The translations under genes and the position numbers were made by a program. The notes below the pieces were generated by a model, which did not search any database, had not been told where the DNA came from, and saw nothing but the letters and a program-made list of their open reading frames with translations. From NCBI GenBank assembly GCA_964016885.1, contig OZ024753.1, positions 45,074,001 to 45,138,000 on the forward strand: 64,000 nucleotides of DNA. The letters run 5' to 3'. This document shows, piece by piece, positions 1-14,269 of the stretch. Origin of the DNA: Eledone cirrhosa. Taxonomy: Eukaryota. Numbering within the stretch: the stretch's first letter is position 1; each line of letters opens with the position of its first letter.

Positions 1-1018
1 CATAGCTATACTACCTCTGGTGGTCATAGCTATACTACCTCTGGTGGTCATAGCTATACTACCTCTGATGGTCATAGCTATACTACCTCTGGTGGTCATA
101 GCTATACTACCTCTGGTGGTCATAGCTATACTACCTCTGATGGTCATAGCTATACTACTTCTGGTGGTCATAGCTATACTACCTCTGGTGGTCATAGCTA
201 TACTACCTTTGGTGGTCATAGCTATACTACCTCTGGTGGTCATAGCTATACTACTTCTGGTGGTCATAGCTATACTACCTCTGGTGGTCATAGCTATACT
301 ACCTCTGGTGGTCATAGCTATACTACCTTTGGTGGTCATAGCTATACTACCTCTGATGGTCATAGCTATACTACCTCTGGTGGTCATAGCTATACTACCT
401 CTGGTGGTCATAGCTATACTACCTCTGATGGTCATAGCTATACTCCCTCTGGTGGTCATAGCTATACTACCTCTGGTGGTCATAGCTATACTACTTCTGG
501 TGGTCATAGCTATACTACCTTTGGTGGTCATAGCTATACTACCTTTGGTGGTCATAGCTATACTACCTCTGGTGGTCATAGCTATACTACCTTTGGTGGT
601 CATAGCTATACTACCTCTGGTGGTCATAGCTATACTCCCTCTGGTGGTCATAGCTATACTACCTCTGGTGGTCATAGCTATACTACCTCTGGTGGTCATA
701 GCTATACTACCTCTGGTGGTCATAGCTATACTACCTCTGGTGGTCATAGCTATACTACCTCTGGTGGTCATAGCTATACTACCTCTGGTGGTCATAGCTA
801 TACTACCTCTGGTGGTCATAGCTATACTACTTCTGGTGGTCATAGCTATACTACTTCTGGTGGTCATAGCTATACTACCTCTGGTGGTCATAGCTATACT
901 CCCTCTGGTGGTCATAGCTATACTACCTCTGGTGGTCATAGCTATACTACCACTGGTGGTCATAGCTATACTACCTCTGGTGGTCATAGCTATACTACCT
1001 CTGATGGTCAAAGCTACG
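1..1018 (+). repeat. 24-bp minisatellite (catagctatactacctctggtggt), about 42 units, runs off the window start
   Basis: Directly visible tandem array. Confidence 0.98.
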
Positions 1019-1792
1019 CTGATTGTTTAAAAAAATCCAGAATTAGTCGTTTAGTTTACATACTGAGACCCCCAGCCCACCCTATTTATTTTCTAACATG
1101 GGATTTCTAGTAATGTACTTTTTTTGTCGTCTATGTTTTTTTTTAATGTCTAAAGAAAATTGTCGCAGGAATGCTACCACTTAAAATAAAATTTCGCTGG
1201 AAATAGATTAGCAAAATTGAATCAGAGGGGGCGGGGTTAGGGTGCTGGAAAAATATCTGAAAAATTATTTAGTGGTGGTGGTAGTGGTGGTGGTGGTAGT
1301 AGTGGTGGTGGTGTTAGTGGTGTCTGGGGAGAAGAGATTATTCTAGACGCGTGAGTGCTCGTGATTAAAGTTACATAATTTGTTGATAACATTAAATGTT
1401 AATTAGTAAACGTTGTTTGTTAAAGTTATCATAACTTTAGATCACAATGTACATAACTTCACACCTTCATTTGTATTTGAACCACAGTTAAAAATAACCT
1501 ATCAAGCTGGTATTTCTATTTCTGTTGTTTTAATAACTCTGTAAGAAGCTGCTTCATTAAAGACCGTATCTAGAGCACTAGTCGGACTATTTCTTCTCTA
1601 CTTACAATGATAGAATATAAAACTGGAACGTTGCTATTGTTGTTTCATCCCAGACCAACCCCTAATCTAGCAGACACGTGATCAAAGTCACATTAACCGT
1701 GACCCAGAAGCGTAACTAGGGAAAATATCGCCACCATAATATTGAAGATATGCTACTGGCGTCGAATGCTTTTTGACTGTTTAAACTGCATT

Positions 1793-1893
1793 GAGGTTAA
1801 CTTTGCCTTTCATCCTTACGGGGTCGATAAAATAAAGTACCAGTAATACACTGGGATAATTGCTGGCCTTGTGTCGAAAGTAGAAACAATTAT
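1793..1893 (+). mobile_element. Truncated Meta-domain-like SINE
   Basis: Core plus tail of the same family. Confidence 0.85.
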
Positions 1894-2148
1894 TTCCCGA
1901 AGAAATGCAATTATATGTATTATGTATAGAGTTAATAATTGCCAATTAATTATGTCCGATTGTTTTCATATGCATGTGCTATTGTAACTGCATTGAAACG
2001 AACGTAGGAATTAAAGAATGGGTTTTAAGTTGTTAACCTTGGTCTTTTGTCATTTTGAAAGAAAAAAGAAATACACAAACTGACAGATATGTGTGTCTGG
2101 GTCTCTGTGTGTAAATATATATATATCGATTTGTAACTCTTTAAAATT

Positions 2149-2149
<1 letters not shown>

Positions 2150-2219
<70 letters not shown>

Positions 2220-2765
2220 TTGTGTGTGTATCCATTTTAAACACTTTAAAATGTTCACACGCACGTGTGTGTGTGGTATGTGTATTTGTGTGGTGTATGT
2301 GTGTGGTGTGAGTGTGTATGTGTGTGTGGTGTGTGTGTCTGGTGTGTGTGTGTGTGTGTGTGTATGTGTGTGTGGTGTGTGTGTCTGGCGTGAGTGTGTG
2401 TGTGGTGTGTGTGTCTGGTGTGAGTGTGTGTGTCTGGTGTGTGTGTATGTGTGTGTGGTGTGTGTGTCTGGCGTGAGTGTGTATGTGTGTGTGGTGTGTG
2501 TGTCTGGTGTGTGTGTGTGTGGTGTGTGTGTCTGGCGTGAGTGTGTGTGGTGTGTGTGTCTGGTGTGAGTGTGTGTGGCGTGTCTGTCTGGTGTGTATGT
2601 GTGTGTGGTGTGTGTGTCTGGCGTGAGTGTGTATGTGTGTGTGTGGTGTGTGTCTGGCGTGAGTGTGTGTGGCGTGTGTGTCTGGTGTGTGTGTATGTGT
2701 TTGTGGTGTGTGTGTCTGGCGTGAGTGTGTGTGTGTGTATGTGTATTATACACAGCCACACACAC
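2150..2765. repeat. Compound (TA)n/(TG)n microsatellite
   Basis: Directly visible. Confidence 0.95.
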
Positions 2766-3536
2766 AAACATGGCCTCTCAGCTGATTCTTTATTTTCGAG
2801 AGAAGTCAATAAAAATAAACGAAATATTTCGCAGCCCAATAATGTTTTCAGGAAAGAAGTAGAAACGTAGCAGAACGACTTTCAGATATATTTGACGGCC
2901 ATTTCCATGGAGTTTAGCTTATATATAGTCTGGGCGAATATAAATAAATTAAGGAGGAAATGAAGGTCAAACGTTAGTTATAGGTCGTTGTATGTAAATA
3001 GATACAATTACAACTCTAATGATGATAATAAGGGAAGGAATATAGAACGAACAGAATAGGGTAAACATTTCGTTCTAGCTCCGTTTGTTTCACCCTCCAT
3101 CATTAGCTGTTTCGTTGCTATTACCCGCATTCTACCCGCCACCACCACTACACGGCCACCACCATCATTACACCACCGGCACTGCCACCACTGACACCAC
3201 CACTAACATTACACCACCGCACCACTACCACCGACACCGCCACCATCACTATACCACTACACCGCAACCACTACCATCACCACTACACCACCACCATCAC
3301 CACTACACCTCCACCACACCACCACCACCACTACACCACCACCACACCACCACTACACCACCACCATCACCACTACACCACCACCACCATCTTCATAATA
3401 ATACTATCTGTCTGTTCAGATTGCCCTTTCATTGTAAATATCTCTTCCATCATCACCAACATCACCAACATCATCATCACCATCATCACCATCATCACCA
3501 TCAGCATCATCAAACACAGTGTTGCTCATAATCGAG

Positions 3537-4069
<533 letters not shown>

Positions 4070-4253
4070 GAAATATTGTGTACAGTGCTCAGGTGCACCA
4101 CAACTCATCAAAAAGTGTATGTATAGTACATAGGGTAATGCACAAATGTCAGGAAAATGAACAGTGCATGAGTCATGCTCTATATATAGTGGTAGAACAC
4201 TGGAAGGTAATATCCGTAGTGGTAGAGCACTCAGTCCATGGGACGAGTTAGGG

Positions 4254-4443
4254 TAGAAGTGGTTACACAACAGTTAGTTCACCATACCGAGAACAATTGT
4301 TTCACCTTAGCGGATCCTCAGCTCGGAATGGAGATGGTTATACGGATTATTCCGTATAACCATGTCCATTACAAGCTGAGCATCCGCTAAGGTGAAACAA
4401 TTGTTCTCGGTATGGTGAACTAACTGTTGTGTAACCACTTCTA
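4254..4443. repeat. Fold-back (93-bp arms, 4-nt loop) containing a hammerhead; Penelope-type pLTR relic
   Basis: Arms 4254-4346 / 4351-4443, about 4 mismatches. Confidence 0.9.
4287..4326 (-). ncRNA. Minimal type-I hammerhead ribozyme (Penelope-type)
   Basis: ccgag CUGAGGA u cc-gcuaa-gg u GAAA caauug UU cucgg: 5-bp stem I, self-complementary stem III ACAAUUGU. Confidence 0.75.
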
Positions 4444-4485
4444 TATATATATATATATATATATATAGATATATATAGATATATA

Positions 4486-4538
<53 letters not shown>

Positions 4539-4604
4539 GTTATTCCGGGTTGAATCGGAGGTAACCACAGTAAGTAAGGTACTCAATACATTGCAGAGTA
4601 TAAA

Positions 4605-4731
4605 AGTTTTAATATAGATGAGATTCTACAGGACTAGAACTGTTTCATTCTTTAGAAATCATCAGGAATCCTGATGATTTCTAAAGAATGAAACAGTTCT
4701 AGTCCTGTAGAATCTCATCTATATTAAAACT
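4605..4731. repeat. Perfect palindrome (63-bp arms, 1-nt centre) turning at a CTGATGA core
   Basis: Centre 4668 in atcaggaatcctgat. The same family at 34834-34943 turns at the same motif. Confidence 0.92.
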
Positions 4732-5111
4732 ATATATATAAATTAACTAAAAACTACGTTTGTTCAGAGCTTTCTCTCGCTAACTCCTGTTTTTACCAAA
4801 ACAATCTCTTCTGAACAAATTGAAGGATAAGTATTTAACCTTAAGTTTATTCTGAGTTAAGACTCAATTGGTTTTTTCCCTGGATTTCACAAAATCTGTG
4901 GATAAAATTTCTGTCTTGACTTTTTTTGAATTAAGATTGAATTATTTTCCCATATCTTACGTTAAATATTTTCCATCTTGACGTTATAGTCACTTATATA
5001 TTATGGAATACTGTTGGCTTCTTGCTCACATTAATTTCTCTATTTTCATTTATATATATATATATATATATATAATATAAGATCAAAAGATGGTTAAAGG
5101 AGTTCCATGTA

Positions 5112-5178
5112 TTTTATTATGCGCATTTCAAAAACAAACATCATCAAGCAATAATATTTGTGTTTTCATCAGATAAAA
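5112..5178 (-). ncRNA. Hammerhead ribozyme with long stem II
   Basis: uuuuau CUGAUGA [aaacacaaauauuauu-gc-uugaugauguuuguuuuu] GAAA ugcgca UA auaaaa; palindromic stem III AUGCGCAU. Confidence 0.8.
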
Positions 5179-5329
5179 CAGGAGAACATGATATGAAGGC
5201 TAAAAAACACTTGTGGATAGTGCAGTTTTAAATCAACATATATATAAATCAACATATATATAAATCAACATATATATATATATAGTGACGAAACATAAGT
5301 CAATTGCATGAACTCATAATCCTTTATTT

Positions 5330-5385
5330 ACTGCTATATATATTTCGATGATGGCCATTGAATGGCTATGACCTCATCAGGCAGT
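5330..5385 (-). ncRNA. Hammerhead ribozyme
   Basis: acugc CUGAUGA ggucauagccauucaauggccaucauc GAAA uauaua UA gcagu; stem I acugc/gcagu. Confidence 0.8.
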
Positions 5386-5610
5386 TAGTCAGTTCTTAGA
5401 TATGCCAGCTCTGTGCTTATAGTGTTGATGGTATCAGAGCCTATATATATGTAACAAAGAAAGTGTGTTAAGAAACCAGGTGGACTATAACGCACCAGAG
5501 TACTCGATATTTAGGGTAGTAGAGTGGGTAATAGGAAAAGAGTTAGGACCCCGTCGGCTGAGCTCCGGCCGTTTCGACAGCTAGATCTGAACTGAGTTAT
5601 ATATATTATA

Positions 5611-5673
<63 letters not shown>

Positions 5674-5674
5674 A

Positions 5675-5731
<57 letters not shown>

Positions 5732-6212
5732 AAGCATTTATTTTGAATATAAAGTGTATATGGTGTACATATGGTGTGTATATATATTATATAGTGTATT
5801 TACTATAAGTTTCCTACTTGCTGGTATTCTTGGTGCGTGGGTGGATGCTGGCAATGCCAGGTGGTGGGGGTGGGGTGAAGTGGAATGGAGGTAGGGGTGG
5901 TAGGGGCGGGGCGGGGTGGGATGAGACAGAAACTCTTTAAGTTAGAAATGTACTGTTATTGTAAAGGATGATAGTTTAATGAAGGAAACACACACATACA
6001 CACGTGCACACAGAGATACACATACACACACACCGATATGCAAACAGATACACACACACATATATACAAACACACACAGATACACATATACACACACACA
6101 CATATACACATGTACACACAGTACACACACACACATGATTATATCCAGGTTTGTATAATACTGAGTCCACATGTTGATAGGGGGTGATTTGTGGGGGGTG
6201 GGGGGAGATATA

Positions 6213-6409
6213 GGAGGGCCAGCTGAAAAGTTCATAGACTGACCAAGATACTCTCCTGGAATGACCAAATGGGGTTTATTTTTCAACACAGTCCCTCGAA
6301 AGAAACAATGTAGTTATTGATAAGAAGAGTTATAATTAATACATACAAGATTTCACAGCTCTAGCATCAATACTTCATAGTCAGCCTATGAACTTTCAGT
6401 TGACCCTCA
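6213..6409. mobile_element. Mariner-like MITE
   Basis: TIR of about 30 bp: gagggccagctgaaaagttcatagactgac / gtcagcctatgaactttcagttgaccctc. Second copy at about 18406-18592. Confidence 0.75.
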
Positions 6410-6441
6410 CAACTGTTGTTACTTCTAGGATGTTCTGTATA

Positions 6442-6702
6442 CAGGGGCAGGGGAAGTATTTCTGCATTGGGAGGGCAGGGGGCAAATTTGGTCAATTTAC
6501 TTGCAGTGATTAGTTTAGCTGTTATCAAATATCAACCAAGATATTAAAAAAAAAAAAAAATTGATATGCAATAAACATAACATGTACATAAATTGTAGCA
6601 TATATACAAATAGATGTGTTTTAGTAGTTTGGGGAGAAAAATATAATTATTGGGTGGGCCAGGGACCCCATGTGCTCCCCCACCCCAGTTCCACCACCCC
6701 TG
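6442..6702. mobile_element. Old MITE with GC-rich termini (cagggg...cccctg)
   Basis: Imperfect GC-rich terminal inverted repeats around an AT-rich middle; superfamily not assignable. Confidence 0.5.
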
Positions 6703-7282
6703 GTGTAGCTATATCAAATTGTTATACGGTGTGATTTGTGGAGGAGATATAACTGATGTTACTTCTAGAATGTTGTATATATCTATATAAAATCATGATA
6801 GGGTGTGATCTGTGTGGTCGATATAACTCTTACTTCTAGAATGTTGTATAGAGTTATATAAAATTGTTATATATTTCATAGTTTGCCATCTGATAAGTTG
6901 CTTTCCAAATTCTTCTTCTATAAATTATCTGCAATTTAGTCTGAAAGAATGTAGAGAATCATATCTAGATTAGTAAAATGAAGAATGTCTGATTAAAACA
7001 TCTGTAAATATTTAGATTTTGAAAAATAACTGGTGTGCTGTGTCAGCAAAGTTGCTAGATTTTGTTATTATTATTAAAATCAGAAGTCGAAGTTAGCTTT
7101 GCCTTTCATTCTTAGGGGGTCGATAAAATAAAGTACCAGTAACGAACTGGGTTGACATAATTGACTTTCCTTTCCTCGAAAAACTCTGATGTAAAACCTG
7201 TGACCTGTTCTTTTTTTAGATATCTGTCACCGTTGTTCAGAGAGTGGGATTAGTACAGTGCAAGGCCTTTCTTGTCATCATT

Positions 7283-7473
7283 GGTGGATTGACAGTATCG
7301 GTAGAGGGTCGGACGCCATGCTTTGAAGCATAGAGTTAAGGCCCTTCCCATTTTGCGTTCAAGTCCCGCCGAGGTTAACTTTGCCTTTCATCCTTACGGG
7401 GGTCGATAAAATAAAGTACCAGTAATGCACTGGGGTAATTGCTGGCCTTGTGCCAAAAGTAAAAACAATTATT
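7283..7473 (+). mobile_element. Meta-domain-like SINE flanked by a diverged 38-nt direct repeat
   Basis: Same family. ttcagagagtgggatt...caagg.ctttctt occurs at about 7236-7273 and 7472-7509. Confidence 0.85.
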
Positions 7474-7894
7474 CAGAGAGTGGGATTGGCCCAGTACAAG
7501 GACTTTCTTCACATAAAAAAAGCTTCAAGTATAGATACCACTTGATCTAAGCAAAGTTCACATATGTTGTGTGAGCATGGCCTTTTCTTTTTTCTTTCAC
7601 TACAGCATATGCTGAAACGAATCTAAGTCCTTCGGCAGGGCTAAATAGTCATGTTCGTGTCACCCATCTATGAGAAAAAAGATTAAGGTTGGCAATTCTT
7701 AAAACTGAGATGCTGCCAATATGTATGAATATATGTATGTATAATGTATGTGTGGTATGTATATGTATGTATATATATTTATGTATGTATGTATGTATGT
7801 GAATGTATGTATGTATGTATGTATGTATGTGTGTGTATGTATGTATGTATGTATGTATGTATGTATGTATGTATGTATGTATGTATGTATGTAT

Positions 7895-8279
7895 GTCAAG
7901 GCAGAATTCTAGGAGAAGGATAACTCTGATATAACACCTGCAACCCTGATGGTATCCAATGATGTTGACTTGTTCTTCTTTTTGGTAAATATCATCTTGG
8001 TTAAGAGAGTGGGACTGGCTTTGTGCAGTGCCTTTGCTCACTATAAAAGCTTCACGGCACGGGCATTGCTTTATATCTGGAGATCTCTCTGCACTTGTCG
8101 TCACATGCTACCATGGGCCCAGCACTATGTGTCAATAATTGTCACAAGTGTAGTGTTTGTACCAGAGTTCTCAAGTCGCTGGCTGGACTAAAAAGTCACT
8201 CGTTCAGTGCATCGGTAGGGGTTCTCCTACATGGATATAAAGTAGTGGCCGTACTCGAAAACGAGTTGGCAGCCACCAT
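7895..8279 (+). mobile_element. 5'-truncated copy of the same bipartite RTE-type element
   Basis: Near-identical to the reverse complement of 22925-23308; flanked by (ATGT)n on both sides. Confidence 0.8.
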
Positions 8280-8350
8280 GTATGTATGTATGTATGTATG
8301 TATGTATGTATGTATATATATGTATGCATATATATATATATATATATGCA

Positions 8351-8393
<43 letters not shown>

Positions 8394-9321
8394 GCATGTA
8401 TGTATGTATATATATATATGCATGTATGTTTATATATGTATTTATATGTATGCATGTATGTTTATATGTGTATCTGTATATATATATATATATATATATG
8501 CATGTATGTTTATATGTGTATCTGTATATATATATATATGTATATATGTATTATATAAGTATCCTAACTATATCCAGTGTGTCTCTGGTGTGTTATTAAA
8601 CCAAGAATCCTGGAACGCCCAAGAATGGAATGTTTCTCAACACATTCGTAAACTCATGAAAAACTTACATAACGTGAATTGGAAACCCAAGACTTATTAA
8701 TATGACAGCAGAGTATTGCAGTATTAAGAGGGGTGGGGGGGGGGGGGGGGGTAGAGTGGCTTGGTAGATATATATTGGACTTGTTTAGCATTGTCATCAT
8801 TGTTGTCATCACTATCTCACCATCATCAACACTATCACCATAATCATCATCATCATCACCATCACCATCATTACCATCACCTCAACCACCACCACCACCA
8901 CCACCACCATCCTAACCACCACCACCACCATAACCATCACCATCACCATCACCATCATCATCATCACCATCATTACCATCACCACAACCACCTCCACCAT
9001 CCTAACCACCATCAACACTATCACCATAATCATTCCCACCATCACCACCATCACCCTCACCATCATCACCACCATCACCACCATCACCCTCACCATCATC
9101 ACCATCACCATCATCACCATCACCACCATCACCATCAACCATCTAATACAAACAATCAGTGAATCCATGTAGAACTTAATACTGTTTGTTGCTAGAAAGT
9201 TCCTCCACAAAAACAACAATCTCTCTGAATTAAAATAAGAAAAACAAAATATTTGGCCAACCACTTCTCAAATTATATTTGTTTATGTTATTTGAATTTT
9301 TTGTTTCTTTTAACTGAGAGA

Positions 9322-9385
<64 letters not shown>

Positions 9386-9389
9386 GAAT

Positions 9390-9640
9390 CGGTTGACACA
9401 ATCTCAGTCCTCATTTATTTACCAATTGTGGTGGAGTTTGTCAAATTGGACCAAGGAAACAATGTTTCCATTTGTGTTTCCAATTGCTGATAGTATTACT
9501 ATCTAGCTTTTGCAACTGTTGGCAGAAGGAGCAATGTGAAATAAAGTGTCTTGCTTAAGGATATAGAGCATCACCTTGTCTGGGAATCGAACTCACAACC
9601 TCACAATCGTGAATGCAATTCTCTAACCACTAAAGCCACA
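9390..9640 (-). mobile_element. Older tRNA/CORE-like SINE (relatives at about 39640-39760, 50760-50940, 54585-54705, 55550-55740)
   Basis: aataaagtgtcttgct.aagga...gggaatcgaactcac...taaccactaa.cca is the reverse complement of the SINE head. Confidence 0.75.
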
Positions 9641-9721
9641 TTTTAAAACAGTTCTATATTGGCAACTTTACCAGGATGTAATATCAACGAACAGTAATTC
9701 CTAAATGTGTGTTTCTAAAAC

Positions 9722-11116
9722 TTAACCCATTAGCATTTAAACCAGCCGTATCTGGTCACACCTCTTTCAGTTCAAACTTGACGTTAAAATATATAATATC
9801 AAAATCTCATAGATTCAATATTATGTGAGATATTATGTGAGGTAAAGCCTTTACTGTGAAAATACAATAGTATATATAGAGTAATGTAAATGTTATGTGA
9901 GATATTATGTGAGGTAAAGCCTTTACTGTGAAAATACAATAGTATATATAGAGTAATGTAAATGTTATGTGAGATATTATGTGAGGTAAAGCCTTTACTG
10001 TGAAAATACTGTAGTATATATAGAGTAATGTAACTGTTATGTGAGATATTATGTGAGGTAAAGCCTTTACTGTGAAAATACTATAGTATATATAGAGTAA
10101 TGTAAATGTTATGTGAGATATTATGTGAGGTAAAGCCTTTACTGTGAAAATACTGTAGTATATATAGAGTAATGTAACTGTTATGTGAGATATTATGTGA
10201 GGTAAAGCCTTTACTGTGAAAATACTGTAGTATATATAGAGTAATGTAACTGTTATGTGAGATATTATGTGAGGTAAAGCCTTTACTGTGAAAATACTGT
10301 AGTATATATAGAGTAATGTAAATGGTATGTGAGATATTATGTGAGGTAAAGCCTTTACTGTGAAAATACTGTAGTATATATAGAGTAATGTAAATGGTAT
10401 GTGAGATATTATGTGAGGTAAAGCCTTTACTGTGAAAATACTATAGTATATATAGAGTAATGTAAATTTTATGTGAGATATTATGTGAGGTAAAGCCTTT
10501 ACTGTGAAAATACTAAAGTATATATAGAGTAATGTAAATTTTATGTGAGATATTATGTGAGGTAAAGCCTTTACTGTGAAAATACTATAGTATATATAGA
10601 GTAATGTAAATTTTATGTGAGATATTATGTGAGGTAAAGCCTTTACTGTGAAAATACAATAGTATATATAGAGTAATGTAAATTTTATGTGAGATATTAT
10701 GTGAGGTAAAGCCTTTACTGTGAAAATACTATAGTATATATGGAGTAATGTAAATGTTATGTGAGATATTATGTGAGGTAAAGCCTTTACTGTGAAAATA
10801 CTATAGTATATATAGAGTAATGTAAATTTTATGTGAGATATTATGTGAGGTAAAGCCTTTACTGTGAAAATACTATAGTATATATGGAGTAATGTAAATG
10901 TTATGTGAGATATTATGTGAGGTAAAGCCTTTACTGTGAAAATACTATAGTATATATAGAGTAATGTAAATGTTATGTGAGATATTATGTGAGGTAAAGC
11001 CTTTACTGTGAAAATACTATAGTATATATGGAGTAATATAAATGTTATGTGAGGTAAAGCCTTTACTGTGAAAATACTATAGTATATATGGAGTAATATA
11101 AATGGTAAAGGGTTAA
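9722..11116. mobile_element. TTAA-flanked piggyBac-like MITE with an internal 72-bp tandem array
   Basis: TTAA-cccattagcatt ... aatggtaaaggg-TTAA. Unexpanded copies (about 210-230 bp) at 17188-17399, 28221-28432 and 60561-60789. Confidence 0.85.
9821..11103 (+). repeat. 72-bp minisatellite, 17 full units plus 1 partial
   Basis: Unit ttatgtgagatattatgtgaggtaaagcctttactgtgaaaatactatagtatatatagagtaatgtaaatg; register recurs every 360 nt (5 x 72). Confidence 0.97.
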
Positions 11117-11529
11117 AAATGTCATGAAGGTGTTCTTATAATTTGATTCCAGGTCAACCCTGATCAAACCGATTTATGATTAGATAATACCAACAATGGA
11201 AAGATCAATGGAAACATCGTTTCCTTGGTCCGATCTGATGAGTTCCACCTCACTTGCTAAGTGAATGAGGATCTTGTCAATCGATTTCTTTGTTTTATCT
11301 GTCTGCATGCCTGTCTGCCTGCCCCCCTGTCTGTCTGTCTGTGAATATCACCACCACTCTTCCCCTATCTACATATATCTCTCTCATTCCTTTATATATC
11401 TCCCTGTCCCCCACCCTCACCCTGTACCCCCCACCCCACCCCACTACCATTGACATTTTCATTCCTCCACCCAGAAAATATTCATAAAATGACCTTCTCC
11501 CAAATAACTGCTAAATAAAATATACTCTA

Positions 11530-11565
<36 letters not shown>

Positions 11566-11642
11566 CTTTTTTTTTGTTTTACTTTGTATTACCAATTTAT
11601 CGTTTAAACATATTCTCTCTCTTTTAGCATCTCTTTTCTCTA

Positions 11643-11750
<108 letters not shown>

Positions 11751-11786
11751 TCTTACATACAACCATACTTGTGTGTGTGAATGTGA

Positions 11787-11821
<35 letters not shown>

Positions 11822-11824
<3 letters not shown>

Positions 11825-11947
11825 ATAATAATTGTTTCTACTTTTGGCACAAGGCCAGCAATTATCCCAGTGTATTACTGGTACTTTATTTTATCGACCC
11901 CGTAAGGATGAAAGGCAAAGTTAACCTCGGCGGGATTTGAACTCAGA
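11822..11947 (-). mobile_element. Truncated Meta-domain-like SINE
   Basis: Reverse complement of core plus tail. Confidence 0.85.
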
Positions 11948-11993
11948 ATGAAGACTAAAATCTGAAGAGGGCTCGATAAGGATAATATATATA

Positions 11994-12055
<62 letters not shown>

Positions 12056-13252
12056 CCTGTTAAGGGTGAAAGCAGCGATTCTTTGCTTAAACTTTAATCT
12101 GTTATTTTAATAAATATATATATATATCATCATCATTTAGCGTCCATTTTCCATGTTTGCATGAGTTAAATGGGGTGTCATGTTATGAGACAAGTCAGGT
12201 CCGGAAACCGCTTCTTGCTCATATGGATCTGTATTTTGGCTTGGTTTATATGGCTGGATGTTCTTCCTAACACCCAACTGTATGTTACAGGGTGGACTGG
12301 GTGTTTTTATTGTGGCACCAAAACAACCACCTACAGAATGAACAAAGCACTTTTGTCACATCACCAACATGACCATCTCAGTGTGACTGGGTGCTTTTTA
12401 TCATGTCATCAATACAATCAACTTACAGTATTTAACTGGGCATATTTTTTATCATACCACCAGCATGACCACATTACAGGGTGGACTGGGTGCTTTATGT
12501 CATGGAAACAACATTATGGAGATCAGATATGTGTGTGTGTGTGTATATATATATATATTAGCACAAACTCTCTATCTTATAGATAGTGTATTAGTCTTAT
12601 TTCATGGGTGTATCTTTATAGACACATTTTCTCCCTATCTCCCTCTCAGTTTCTTATTTTCAAGCAGTATTTTGCATACTAGAATTTTGAATACATCAAG
12701 TCCTTAATGTTCTTAAAATTCAGACTCGAAATTAAATTTTATCATTTTCTTCATATATATACACATTTTTTTCCCAGTTTTATTCTCCAAATAGCTGAAG
12801 TTTAAAAAAAAAACTCACAAAAATATGTGAAATTATCAGTTATTTTATTTTATTTTACTTTATTATTATTATTTTTATTATTGGCAATTGTACAAGATAT
12901 TTGAAAGTAATGGCATTTTTGTGTGGAATGTAGTAAGTGTGGGGGGGGGGGGGGGGGGGGGGTGGTATATAAACCTTTAATAGCACCACACCATTTTAAA
13001 GTTTATACTGAATATAGTGTTTCAAATAGCTTAGAGAATAATGAGGAAGTGGTTATCATAATGTTGGCCATTTTCGTTCTATATTACAGGATTTTCTGAG
13101 GCAGTTAAGGGGACGGGGTTTACTTTTTTGTTGTTGTTTTGTTTTGTTTTTTTGTTTTTTTTTGGGGGGGGGAGGTCCTATGACACATTACAATATCACA
13201 AAATCACAAATAGCTGTTAGTGATACATAAAAATATAAATACATATATATAT

Positions 13253-13311
<59 letters not shown>

Positions 13312-13383
13312 GTATATATATATGTATACATACATATAAATATATACATACATACATATAAGTATATACATACATATAAATAT

Positions 13384-13417
<34 letters not shown>

Positions 13418-14269
13418 GCCCCCCACTGTAAATGTCGTTGGTGTTAGGAAGGGCATCCAGCTGTAGAAAACCCGCCAGACAGTCCTATGCGAGCAAGACA
13501 ACCACTCTTGCCTCAAGTGGGAAAACCCCCGTCCAAACCATGCAAGCGTGGAACAGGGACGTTAAACGATGATGATGATGATATATATACATACATAAAT
13601 ATATACATATAAATAAATATATACATACATACATATAAATATATACATACATACATACATATAACATATATATATCTACATACATATACATATAAATATA
13701 TATACATACATATAAATATATATACATACATATACATACATATATACATACATATAAATATATAAATACATACATACATATACATACATAAATATATACA
13801 TATATACACACATACATATAAATACATAAATATATACATATATACACACATACATATCAATACATAAATATATACATATATACACACATACATATAAATA
13901 CACACACACACACACACGTACACATCCTGTTTCATTATACAAACAACCATTTTACATCTTCCAATCTTTCATCTTCATCTATTGTGCTCCTTGACATATT
14001 TCGAAGAATTAACTTCCTGTATTTCACCAATATAAGCAGTTCCTTCTATGTGGTCTGTTGACACATTCTCTGCTTGACAAACCATAATTTACTGATGATT
14101 TAAGACCTTAATTATTCAAATTTGTCTCGTTTAAGTTGCCTATCAGGATGTGGTAACTATTTGTTGTAATGTCTGCTGTGATAATTGACCCTTTTGTGAC
14201 CAATCTCTGTGTGATTCTATTTAACAAAACCTCCTATTTTAATTGCTCTTGTGATCTTAGCCACTGAGC

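Noticed and set aside
20-1030. 336-aa (VVIAILPL)n ORF
   Set aside because: Translation of a 24-bp minisatellite; no unique sequence and no credible splice context.
9821-11103. CRISPR-like array
   Set aside because: Eukaryotic context, units identical end to end with no unique spacers, and the unit derives from a MITE.
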